In this document: in pieces, positions 29,060 through 38,962 of the stretch | Layout: each line of letters starts with the position of its first letter | Numbering within the stretch: position 1 is the stretch's first letter | NCBI GenBank assembly: GCA_963806225.1 | Contig: CAWDXG010000004.1 | Span: forward strand, 2,432,001-2,496,000 | Source: an uncultured delta proteobacterium | Lineage (GTDB): Bacteria; Myxococcota_A; Polyangia; Polyangiales; Polyangiaceae | Direction: 5' to 3' | Length of the DNA: 64,000 nucleotides | Notes under the pieces: generated by a model | Told to the model about the DNA's origin: nothing | Database searches by the model: none | Seen by the model: only the letters and a program-made list of their open reading frames with translations | Position numbers and translations under genes: made by a program

Positions 29060-31489
29060 TCAGTAGCCGTTCGTGGCGTACTTCATCAGGGTGACGTTCG
29101 TGACCTTGCCGCCCGTGCCGATGCTGCCGGCCGACGCCAGCGCGCCGTGACCCTGGTAGCCACCGAGATTGGGCATGACGATGCATGTCTCGCCGGACTC
29201 GCACAGGCCGTTGTCGTTGCCCTTGCCGTCTCCGATGACCTCGATCGAATCGATCAGGTACTCGCTGCTGCAGGTCGAGCCATTCCACGTGGCGCCGGGG
29301 ATGAGGGCGCAGTCAGCAGAGGTGGTCGCATACCAGAGGTGGCTCCTGGCCGCGTTGCCGTTGGCGGGCGCAGAGACGATGCCGCGCGCCGCGGTGCTGT
29401 CCGACGACGACAGGTCGAAGTCCCAGATGCGGCAGTTGTCGCCCGTGACACAGGCGCCGCGGGACGCCGCCCCGGGCATCCCCGCATCGCGGCCCCAGCC
29501 ACGGTAGCGACGATCGAAGCCGGACCAGTCGCTGATGGCCGAGAAGGCCGCGGCGCCGCTGGTGTCCGACTTATTCGTGGCGTCGTCGGTCGTCACCTGG
29601 CCGATCAGGCCCGTTTCGACCTGGCCGGTGGTGACGGTCGCCGTGGAGCCATTCTGGACGGCGCAGCCGTTGGTCAGGCCCGGGTTCGTGGAGCTGCTGA
29701 TGTTGCAGCTACCGGAAAGGGTCTTCACCGACAGCAGACCGGAAAAGACGCTGTTCGACCCCTGGTACACGTACACGTCATTGGTGGCGTTGTCGGCGGT
29801 GCCCGCGTTGTGGATCTCGACGTTGTCCGTCTGCCAGATCTGCAGACCGTACTCGCTGTTGTTGGCGAGCGCAGCGTCCATCACCTGGGTGTAGGTCGAT
29901 TGCTCCATGTAGAGCCCGGCGTTGATGTTGTTCACCGCGGTGAGCCCGAGGACGACGAAACTCGACGAGTACGAGCCGATGTAGAGACCCGTCTGGCCGT
30001 TATCCGAGGCGATCAAGTTCACGATAACGTTGTTGGCGTCCTGACCGGTGGTAAGCCCCTTGCCGCCGTTGCCGATGGCGACCACGTCCGAAAACAGCGC
30101 GTCGCGGACGTAGTAGTCGGCGATGCCGTCTTGCCCGTTGTGCAGGGTCACGACGTTGACGAGCTTGCTCTCGTTCAGATAGTCGATCTCGAGCCCGAGC
30201 TTCGCGTTGTTCGTCAGGAGCAGCTGCTCGAACTGGTCGTTCTTGGTGCCATGGGTCCCCGTGCTGCCGATCATCATGCCGCTGCCGTTGTTGTCCTGCG
30301 ACGTGAAGTTCCTGTACATGCTGTAGTTCGACAGCGGCAGCACCTGGATGCCGAGGTTGTTACGCTGGGAGCGGAGCTGCTCCACATCGCTGTACGAGCC
30401 GCCGACCTCGATGCCCGTACCCGTGTTGTCGGTGGCGACGAGGTTTGTCCATTTCGAGTTGTCGGAAGTGCTGACGGAGATGCCGGTCCGGCTCGAGCCC
30501 GTGACCTGCAGATTGCGACCGACGCTGAAGTCCGCGGCGATCACGTGGAAGGTGGCCGAGCCGATGGGACCCGACATCTTGCCCTCGAACCACAGGAAGG
30601 GATGGCCCTGCGAGAAGAGCACGTCGTTGCCGGACGTGCCGGAGGTCAGGCTGACGCCCGGCTTGACCACGAAGCCGACGTGATCGGCGTTGATGGTGAA
30701 GCCCGTGCCGGTGTTCTTGGTGAAGACGTAGATCCCGCTCGGCGTCGAGAGGCTGCTGCTCGAGCTGTCGGCGATGACGGGGTTGTCCCACCACGCGCCG
30801 GGAGACGTGTTGTCCGTGTTGGTGCCATCGGTGGCGGTGACGGAGTTGTCCTTCCACGTCGGCGGCGACGCGCTCCAGTCGATCAGGTCGGACAGATACT
30901 TGCCCGGCTTCAGGCCCGTAGAGATCGCGCGCACCGTCCCGGTGGAGTCGTCACACGTCCAGTCGAAGTCGCCCAGAGCGTCGGTGATCGTGACGCCCGA
31001 GCAACTCGACAGCCCAGACAGGTCGAACTCGCGCAGCTCGCCGGCGTGCAGGCACAGATCCGGCCCCGTGCCTGCCGTCGTCGCGTCGCAGGCCGTGTCC
31101 GAGGCGTCCAGCGGTCCGGTGCCGTCGTTCTTCACGTAGTCGTTCCAGTTGGCGCCGTTGACCGGATACAGCGCCGGCGGTCCGGGGGGCCCGGCGTCGC
31201 TCCCGCCCGTCCCGGCGGTGCCACCTGCGCCCGCACCGCCGTCGGTGCCCGCACTGCCTCCGGTGCCCGCGCTGCCTCCGGTGCCGGCACCGCCATCGGT
31301 TCCGGCGCTCCCACCCGTGCCGGCGCTACCGCCGGCGCCGGAGCTGCCCGCGACGCCGCCGCCGTCTCCGGAGCTGCCGGCCGCACCGGGGTGCTTGGCC
31401 TTGTCGCTGCCGCCGCAGCCGGCAGCGAGGATGCCGGCCAAGGCCAGGGCGGCGATGGGAACAAGGCGTAGGGCAAGGGGCATGCGCAT
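29060..31489 (-). CDS. Large lipoprotein with Gly-rich linker and right-handed parallel beta-helix repeats
   Basis: LAAGC lipobox; GGSAGT repeats; periodic N..N...G(I/L) beta-helix turns; Cys-rich caps. Confidence 0.75.
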   Translation of the reverse strand: MRMPLALRLVPIAALALAGILAAGCGGSDKAKHPGAAGSSGDGGGVAGSSGAGGSAGTGGSAGTDGGAGTGGSAGTGGSAGTDGGAGAGGTAGTGGSDAGPPGPPALYPVNGANWNDYVKNDGTGPLDASDTACDATTAGTGPDLCLHAGELREFDLSGLSSCSGVTITDALGDFDWTCDDSTGTVRAISTGLKPGKYLSDLIDWSASPPTWKDNSVTATDGTNTDNTSPGAWWDNPVIADSSSSSLSTPSGIYVFTKNTGTGFTINADHVGFVVKPGVSLTSGTSGNDVLFSQGHPFLWFEGKMSGPIGSATFHVIAADFSVGRNLQVTGSSRTGISVSTSDNSKWTNLVATDNTGTGIEVGGSYSDVEQLRSQRNNLGIQVLPLSNYSMYRNFTSQDNNGSGMMIGSTGTHGTKNDQFEQLLLTNNAKLGLEIDYLNESKLVNVVTLHNGQDGIADYYVRDALFSDVVAIGNGGKGLTTGQDANNVIVNLIASDNGQTGLYIGSYSSSFVVLGLTAVNNINAGLYMEQSTYTQVMDAALANNSEYGLQIWQTDNVEIHNAGTADNATNDVYVYQGSNSVFSGLLSVKTLSGSCNISSSTNPGLTNGCAVQNGSTATVTTGQVETGLIGQVTTDDATNKSDTSGAAAFSAISDWSGFDRRYRGWGRDAGMPGAASRGACVTGDNCRIWDFDLSSSDSTAARGIVSAPANGNAARSHLWYATTSADCALIPGATWNGSTCSSEYLIDSIEVIGDGKGNDNGLCESGETCIVMPNLGGYQGHGALASAGSIGTGGKVTNVTLMKYATNGY

Positions 31490-31568
31490 CTGGGGGCTTC
31501 CTTTCGAGCCTTGATGGTGCGCGTGCCACGCGCGGCGAACCATCCCCCGATCAGGGGATGGTTCGCGC

Positions 31569-32642
31569 CTACTCGTCGAGCGCCAACACCGCCCGGAGCT
31601 CGCCGCGGCTCGCCACGCCGAGGCGCCGGTAGACCGCGCGCAGGTGGGTCCGCACGGTCTCGGGCCGCAAGCCGAGTACGCCTGAAATCGAGGCAACCGA
31701 CGCATCGTTCGCCGCGAGCCGCGCGACGTGGCGCTGGCGGGGCGACAGCAGCTGTTCCGCAGGCGACGGCGGCGCGTCGAGCCTGAACCGATCCGCCGTT
31801 TCGTCGATGAACACGGCCAGTACGCGCCAGCGTTCCCCGGGCAGCGCCGGCACGTTCGCGAATTCCACGCGGATCCCTCCAGCCAGGCGCTGCAATCGCC
31901 CAAGCAAACCCGAAGCATGGTAGCGCGTCGCTGCATGCAGCAGCGCGCGCTCGATGCGCTGCCAGCCACGCGCTCCAATGGGACCGAGCCTCTCCTGCCA
32001 CAGCGTGCGAGCCGCGCTGGACCACTCGATACTGCCCCCGGGAAACGATAGGGTCGCCACGCGTCCCGCAGCGCCGGCGGCGTCACCGAGCGTCGGAGCT
32101 TCGGGATGTTCCAGCGCCATCAGGGCGTAGCGGGTCCCCAGCGCACCGACAAGATGCGGATAGATGAGGTCGAGTAGAGCGAGGTCCTCGTCGTCGAAAG
32201 GGGGAAGACCGCGCTGGCGGTAGAACAACACGATGATCTGGCTGCCGAATGGCACGGGCACGCGCGCCATCGCCCCGTCGCTGAAGCCGGCGCGGAAGAA
32301 CGCCTCGAACACCGGGTTCTGCAGATGCTGTCGCGGCGCGCGCGCCACCAGATACCAGAGCCCCGGCGCCTGACCGAGCACTGTCGGCACGGCCGGGTCC
32401 AGCGCCTTGATGCGCTCGTACTCCGCACGCCAGTCGTCTGGCACACCGCTCTCGATGCCCCACCCCGCGAAGCGCTCCTCCGTGCCGAATACCACGCTGG
32501 TCGCGCCTACCACGCGCTGCAGCTGCGCTTGCAGCTCGGCGGCGTCTTCCTGGCAGGTCACACCGCGCTTGAAGAGGCGCACTAGATCAACGAAGGAGTC
32601 TGAGCCGCTTTTCAAGCCTAGGTCCGCGTTTCCCCGCGCCAT
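31569..32642 (-). CDS. LuxR-family HTH transcriptional regulator
   Basis: C-terminal LSPRQRHVARL....SVASISGVLGLRPETVRTHLRAVYRRLGVASRGEL. Confidence 0.85.
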   Translation of the reverse strand: MARGNADLGLKSGSDSFVDLVRLFKRGVTCQEDAAELQAQLQRVVGATSVVFGTEERFAGWGIESGVPDDWRAEYERIKALDPAVPTVLGQAPGLWYLVARAPRQHLQNPVFEAFFRAGFSDGAMARVPVPFGSQIIVLFYRQRGLPPFDDEDLALLDLIYPHLVGALGTRYALMALEHPEAPTLGDAAGAAGRVATLSFPGGSIEWSSAARTLWQERLGPIGARGWQRIERALLHAATRYHASGLLGRLQRLAGGIRVEFANVPALPGERWRVLAVFIDETADRFRLDAPPSPAEQLLSPRQRHVARLAANDASVASISGVLGLRPETVRTHLRAVYRRLGVASRGELRAVLALDE

Positions 32643-32738
32643 ACCTACAATCCCATCGCGCCAGCGGCGGAGCAAGCACAATAGCTGGGCAGCCAACAGT
32701 CCCAGCGAACGCCGCTTTCGCGCGCCCGGCGCAGATCG

Positions 32739-34956
32739 CTAGTCCACGCGCTCGACCCGTACGGGCACGCCGTTCAGCGCGGCGTTCGCGCTCGGCTGGT
32801 CGAGCAACGCGTCGTCGGAGAGCCGGTTCACGTTCACCCCGGCGTGCTCGCGAGCCACACCGAGGCGGATGCCCTCGCGATCGTGGCCCCAGCCGTGCGG
32901 CAGCGAGACGACGCCCGGCATCATCTCGTCCGTGACGCACACCTTCGCGACCACGCTGCCCACCCGGCTCGTGACCCGCGCCGGCGCGGCGTCTTCCAGG
33001 CCGAGGCGGGCCGCGTCGTCGGGCCCGACGAGCAGCGTGCAGCGCTCGGGGCCCTTCACGAGCGGCACCAGATTGTGCATCCACGAGTTGTTGGAGCGCA
33101 GCTGGCGGCGACCAATCAACACCATGTCGCTTTCGAAACGGGCCGCCTCGAGGCGCTCCACGTCGCGGACGACAAGCTCCGGCGCCAGATCGATCTGCGC
33201 GTCGGGCGTCCGCAGCACGTCGGGCAGCGATGGCTCGAGCGGACCGAGCACGAGCCCGTGCGGATTGTCGCGCAGCCGTTCGAGCGACAGGCCGCCTTCG
33301 CGCCGGCCAAAACCGTCGCCCCACGGCCCCGTGCGCAGGAACAGGTCGAGCATACGCGCTGGTCCGGGCCGCGTGCCGAGCGCGGCGAGCGCCTCGGACG
33401 CGTCGAGCCCCGGCCAGCGGCCACCGTCCTCCCGCACCTCGCCCTGCACCAGCGTGGCGAGCACGAAGTTGTCCGCCGTGGCGAGGTCCATCTCGCGCAT
33501 GCCCATCAGCCCCTTGGCGAGCATCAGCAGGATCTCCCATTCGTCGGGATGATCGGCCGGGCGCGGCAGCGCGGGCGGCGAGTACTTCGCGACGTTCTGT
33601 ACGGCGAGCTGGTAGAGCGCGAGGTCGTAGGTGTCGCGCCGGAGCGGCGACGGCGGCGGCAGGATCAAGTGCGCGTGGCGCGTGGTCTCGTTCAGGTAGA
33701 AGTCGACCGAGAGCATGAAGTCGAGCCCGGCCAGGGCGCCGTCGAGCCGCTCGACGTTGGGCGCGCTGACCAGCGGGTTGCCGGCGATGGTGAGCAGAGC
33801 ATGCACCCCGCCGCCCTCGAATCTCGTCGGCGAGCGCTGCGACGGGCAGCTCGCCGAACGTCTCGGGCAGACCGCGCACGCGGCTCGTCCAGCGCCCGAG
33901 CTTGACGCCGCGCCCACGCTTGCCCGGGCTCGGGTTGCCCCCGCGGTTGGCGGCGGGCTTGGTGAAGAGGGCGCCGCCCGGGCGGTCGAGGTTGCCCGTC
34001 AGGATGTTGACCAGGTCGACCGCCCAGCTCGACAGCGTCCCGAACTGCTGACAGGTCGTGCCGATGCGGCCGTAGCAGGCGGCGCGGTCGGCGGCCGCAT
34101 GCTCGCGCGCGAGCCGGCGTATGGTGGGGGCGTCGATGCCGGTGCGTGCGGCAACGGCCTCCGGCGCGAAGCGCTTGGCGATGGCCTGCACGGCGTCGAG
34201 CCCACGCACCAGACCCTCCGCGCGCCCGAGCCGCACCAACCCCTCCTCGAACAGCACGTGCACCATGGACAGGAGCAGCAGAGCGTCGGTTCCCGGCCGG
34301 ATGAAGTGGTGCTCGTCCGCCACGCGCGCCGTCTCGCTGCGGCGCGGATCGATGACGACGAGCTTGCCGCCGCGCTCGCGCAGGGCGCGCAAGCGCCCCG
34401 GCATGTCCGGCGCCGTCATCAGGCTGCCGTTCGAGACCAGCGGGTTGGCGCCGAGGACCAGCAGGTGATCGGTGCGGTCGACATCGGGGACCGGAACCAG
34501 CAGCCCACCGCCGAACATCAATCCCGAGCTGACCATCTTGGGGAGCTGATCGACGGACGAGGCGCTGTAGCGCTGCTTCGTGCCGAGCGCCTTCTGCAGC
34601 ACCGGTCCGTACAGCATCGCGTGCAGGCTGTGCGCCACCGGGTTGCCGAGATACGTCGCGACGGCGTCGCTGCCGTGACGCTCGCGGATCTCGAGCAGCC
34701 GGTCGATCGCCTCGTCGAACGCCTCGTCCCAGCCGATTTCCTAAAAGCCGCCCGCGGTCCGGCGGAGCGGCCGCTGGAGCCGGTCCGGATCCTCCTCCAA
34801 CGCCTTCAGGCCATAAGCCTTGGGGCAGATGAAGCCGCGCGAGAACGGGTCCTCCTTGTCGCCACGGATGGTGCGGACGCGGTCGTCGTCGAGCTCCACG
34901 GCCACGCCGCAGGTCGCCTCGCACAGGGTGCAGATGCGGTAGGCCGTCGTGGTCAT
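32739..34956 (-). pseudogene. Molybdopterin (Mo/W-bisPGD) oxidoreductase, interrupted by an in-frame TAG (34741-34743) and a frameshift near 33821
   Basis: CTLCEATCG...ICPKA Fe-S motif, LGANPLVSNGS, VIDPRR, GMMPG-like VVSLPHGWG C-terminal domain, spread over three ORF pieces. The lesions may be sequencing errors. Confidence 0.8.
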
Positions 34957-35015
34957 ATCCGAAGCGTGGAGCCGGACCAGCGCGACGTAAAGAGCCGCGG
35001 AACTCCCAGTACCTC

Positions 35016-36679
35016 CTAGTGCACGCCGATGGCTGCGTAGGGCGAGCCTGCCTTGACCCGGAGGTCGTCGGTCGGAAGCGACAGCTTCTTCCACGACTCG
35101 GGATGGTCTGGCGGTCGCTGGTTCGTGTTCTGGGCAGTGGCCTGGTACAGGTCGCCGTCGACCATAACGAGGTCGCCGACGGCGTAGGTGATGGCGGGAC
35201 TTTGGGGAGCGAGCGTCGCCTTGGGGGCCCACATCTCGAGCTTCTGCACCGGCGCGCCGGCGGGGTAGCCGCTGTCCATGAACTCGATCGGCGTCACCGT
35301 CGCGTTCTTGTTCCCGGAACCGTTCAGCGTGCCGGCGACGAGCTGGCTTTTACCTTCCCAGGTGTTGTCGTCGAAGGTGACCGGGCCCTGGATGTTGCCC
35401 GAGATCTTGAACACGACTCCGGGATCGGTCGCTGTCGGATCGAGGATGTCGTAGCTGAAGTCCATGCCGCTGAAGAAGTTGTGCACGAAATGGAAGTTCG
35501 ACGCAGCAGTGGAGTCGCCGCCCACGTAGGCCATCAGCGACTTGGTGTCGGCGAAATAGTTGTTCTTGAACGTCACGTGGCGCTCGCCGTCACCCGTCTC
35601 GGGCTGGCTCCAGAAACTGAGCACGCTGCCGGCCCCGCCCATGAAGACATTGTCGTGGATGCTGATCGTGCCCTCGCGCGTCTGCACCTGCGAGTTGTTG
35701 TCCTGGTACTTCCCGAGGCCGTTGTCGCGCCAGTGCAGCGCCGCAAAGGCGATGACGTTGTTGTAGACCTCGGTGCCGTCGCCCAGATCCTGGATCTGCA
35801 ACGCCTCGTTGCCGGTGCGGACGATACGGTTGTTGTAGACCTTCAAGCCGGGCAGGAGGTTCGCCGGTGGGCTGCCGGTCCAGCCGAAGTACGTGCCCTC
35901 GCCGCCGGTGTCGTGGATGTAGTCGTCGTGGATCCGCACGTTCGCCATGTCGTTAGCAGGGTCGCCCGCGGCGCGGCTGTTCAGGAGCCGGATGCCCGCA
36001 AAACCCGAGCGCTCGACCTCGACGTACTCGATCTCGAAATCTGCTCGCGTCGGCCACCGAGATGCCCATGTGCAGGTACGGGCCGGTCGTGTCGAGCGCG
36101 TCGTCGCTGAGGAAGCCGTATTTCCCGCGCGAGGTCGCGTAGGCGCCGCAGCGGTGGCCGGGATAGGCCGCGTCGCCGGTCTTCGAGTCGGCGTCGTAGC
36201 GACCGGTGAGGATCCAGTGCGAACCGCCACCCATGGTCCAGATGTAGTTGCCGCCCAGGTTGGGGCCGACCGCCACCTGGCCTCCCTGGTTCGTTACCAC
36301 CAGCGGATGCGACGCGTCGCGCGCCGGCAGGTTGCCGAGGTTGAACGTCTTGTAGTGACCGGCGGGAATATAGAGCCGATCGATGTTCGCCCAGTCGACG
36401 TTCGGGAAAGCTCTTCTGCACGTCGGGGAAGTAGAAGCCGTCGCCGCCCGGTTTCGGGATCGCGAACGTCTTGCCGGGCGTCCCGAAGTGACCGAACGCT
36501 TCGCAGCTCTGGGCGCCACCCGCTCCCCCACTCCCCGCCGACCCTCCGCTGCCCGCCGACCCTCCGCTGCCCGCCGACCCTCCGCTGCCCGCCGACCCTC
36601 CGCTGCCCGCGGAACCGCTCCCCGAGCTGCCGCAGGCGACCAGGAGAATCGACAGGGCCGGAATCAGAGCGACGCGCAT
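35016..36679 (-). pseudogene. Lipoprotein with beta-helix and C-terminal CBM5/12-like module; frameshifts near 36408 and 36043
   Basis: LVAC lipobox and SAGSGG linker; coherent protein across three frames; IHDDYIHDTGGEG and YNNRIVRTGNEALQ beta-helix; YAVGDLVMVDGDLYQA...W tail. Confidence 0.65.
36535..36610. repeat. 18-bp coding tandem repeat (SAGSGG linker), about 4 copies
   Basis: ccgccgaccctccgctgc repeated head to tail. Confidence 0.85.
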
Positions 36680-36808
36680 GGCGCATCGTACACGACCCAC
36701 CTGCCGCGAAGCGCGACTTCGTCCTGGGGGCCATGCCGCCACTCACCAGCGTCGAAGCGCGAACATCGCGGTCGACGCTCGGCCGTCGCCTGCGCTAGTT
36801 CTTCGAGC

Positions 36809-37180
36809 ATGGCCGACCAGGGCGACTACGACATCCGGATGAACGACAAGTATGGCCAGCTCAGGGTGATCGACATCGGGGCGGAGGCGGCAGCGCACGA
36901 GCCGTGGTTCAACCAGACGCTGACCACAGTGAACGACGCGGTCGTGCGACTCGGCATTTTCCACGGCGAGTTCCACTTCCACAAGCACGACGCCGAGGAC
37001 GAGCTGTTTATGGTGCTCGAGGGAGAGCTGCTGCTCGACGTGGAAGGACAGGGCACCATCACGCTCGGTCCACATCAGGCCTACACCGTGGCGAAGGGCA
37101 TCACCCACCGGACACGTTCGCCCGGACGCACGGTGGTGCTCATGATCGAGGCGAAGGGCGTGCAACCGACCGGCGATTGA
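36809..37180 (+). CDS. Cupin domain protein
   Basis: GEFHFHKHDAEDELFMVLEGEL...VAKGITHRT. Confidence 0.88.
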   Translation: MADQGDYDIRMNDKYGQLRVIDIGAEAAAHEPWFNQTLTTVNDAVVRLGIFHGEFHFHKHDAEDELFMVLEGELLLDVEGQGTITLGPHQAYTVAKGITHRTRSPGRTVVLMIEAKGVQPTGD

Positions 37181-37205
37181 CGGCGGCGCTCGGGGCCGCC
37201 GCAGG

Positions 37206-37901
37206 TCACCTACCGCAGACGTGCTTCGTTTTCTCGCAGCTGCGCGCGACCTCGTGTCCGACGAGGCGCATGTAGTTCTTCGACGGCGGCGATTTCGTCT
37301 TGTCCATGAGATAGAACGTGCTCGTGAAGTGCTTCGGATCGCCCGCCTTGAAGGTCAGCGGCATCAGACGCACCGGCCGCGGCGGGATGTGGACCTCCGA
37401 CCTGCCCTCGGGAGGCGCGCCGAAGCGACCGCACAGCGGGCCGCGGCAGGTAATGGTGCCGTCGGTGCGGTAGCGGCGGAACGGCGTCGTCCAGAGCAGT
37501 TGCGTACCCTTGAACAACCCTTTCGCCACCCTGCCGCAACGATCCTTCTCGACGTGGGTAGCAGTGTCGCTGGTCACCGTAGTCCTCATGCCCAGGACTT
37601 TGGTCGTCACCGGCACGTGCGCGCGCATCGTGTACGAGACCACTTCGACCTTGCCCTTGAGCGCCGGCTTTCCGTGCCTGCTGGAGAGCCGCAGCTTCAG
37701 CCTGCCGGGCCCGATGTTGAACGTGCCGTTGCCGGCACCGAACGGCGTGCCTTCGATCTTCAGCTGGCTGCCGGGCGAGAGCACATACTCCACGACCCAG
37801 CTCGCGCAGGCGGCGGGCTCGGCCTGGACGTTCGTGGTGGGGGGTGCAACGAGTGCGAAGAAGGGGAGCGCTGCGAAAAGCAACGCACGGCGGATCTTCA
37901 T
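37206..37901 (-). CDS. Secreted hypothetical protein
   Basis: Signal peptide MKIRRALLFAALPFFALVA..VQA; paired cysteines. Confidence 0.7.
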   Translation of the reverse strand: MKIRRALLFAALPFFALVAPPTTNVQAEPAACASWVVEYVLSPGSQLKIEGTPFGAGNGTFNIGPGRLKLRLSSRHGKPALKGKVEVVSYTMRAHVPVTTKVLGMRTTVTSDTATHVEKDRCGRVAKGLFKGTQLLWTTPFRRYRTDGTITCRGPLCGRFGAPPEGRSEVHIPPRPVRLMPLTFKAGDPKHFTSTFYLMDKTKSPPSKNYMRLVGHEVARSCEKTKHVCGR

Positions 37902-38065
37902 CGCGACGATCGTTGCACGCGAAGCGGGACCGCGCCACGTCGGGGGCAGAGCGAATCAGGTGTGGAAATGTGCGTACCGCGATGCGACGTGCGCTCGCTT
38001 GCCGATTCGAACCAGATCCGATTTTTCCAGGGCCCACTGCGCGGCGCGCAGCGGCGACCCACCGA

Positions 38066-38962
38066 CTATGCAGTCGCAGACGCCATGGCGCTCGGCGACT
38101 GGCCGCGCTGTTCGAGCTGCCGGTAGCGATACGCGCCAAGCAGCGCAGCGCCAATCGCGCCGGCGAGGGGGCCGTCGGGGTGGGTGACAACGTCAACGTC
38201 CGCGACCTTGCGGCGGCGCTTCTTGTTCTTGTCGGCTTCCAGTAGCTCGTGGACGGCGGCGACCAGACCCTCGTCGCGCGATAGCCCGCCGGTGAGCACT
38301 ACGACGCCCTCGGCTGCGACCGAACGCAGGAGCTGCACCAGCCGTCCACCGATGCTGAGGTGGATGCCCTTGAGGATGTCCGCAGTGTCGATGCCGCGCG
38401 AGACCATGTTGATGACGTCGGTCTCGGCGAGCACGGCGCAGATGCTCGACACTTTCTCGGGGCTTTCGGCCTTCTTCGACATGGCGCCCACGTCGTCGAG
38501 CGGCACGCCGAGGTAGCGCGCGATGTTCTCGACAAACTGACCGGAACCGCTGGCGCACTGGCTGGTCATGCGATGCTGTAGCACGCGGCCGTCGGCGTTC
38601 ATCTTCAGCGCGCGGGCGTGCAGGGCGCCCACGTCGAGCGCGGCTCGCGCATCGGGCCTGAGGAACAGCGCGCCGCGCGCGTGCGTCGTCATGCTGTAGA
38701 AGTGCCCGGTACGGAAGCCGACGCTGTCGCCATCGCCGGTACTGGCGATGTAGTCGAACTGATCAGGCGTGACGCCCGCGTCTTTGCAGGCGTCCTCGAA
38801 GGCCGCGTTGATCACGTCCCGGACGTTGCGGCGACGCAGGCGCTGCATACCACTCGCCAGGATTTCACCGTCGCTTCCGGCGCGGCTCCGCGCAATGACG
38901 ACCTTGACGGCTCCTGCACCGGGGTCGACTCCAGCGGTCAGATGCGACTTGTCCATGATCAC
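38066..38962 (-). CDS. bcrD: Benzoyl-CoA reductase subunit D (activase, ASKHA ATPase)
   Basis: TGHFYSMTTHARGA, MTSQCASGSGQF, SSICAVLAETDVINMVSRG, characteristic of BcrD/BadG. Confidence 0.93.
   Translation of the reverse strand: MIMDKSHLTAGVDPGAGAVKVVIARSRAGSDGEILASGMQRLRRRNVRDVINAAFEDACKDAGVTPDQFDYIASTGDGDSVGFRTGHFYSMTTHARGALFLRPDARAALDVGALHARALKMNADGRVLQHRMTSQCASGSGQFVENIARYLGVPLDDVGAMSKKAESPEKVSSICAVLAETDVINMVSRGIDTADILKGIHLSIGGRLVQLLRSVAAEGVVVLTGGLSRDEGLVAAVHELLEADKNKKRRRKVADVDVVTHPDGPLAGAIGAALLGAYRYRQLEQRGQSPSAMASATA

Noticed and set aside
34741..34743. Pyrrolysine or programmed readthrough at the in-frame TAG of the molybdoenzyme
   Set aside because: The position is a non-catalytic loop, no pyl genes are visible, and the same gene has an independent frameshift. 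Error or mutation is simpler.
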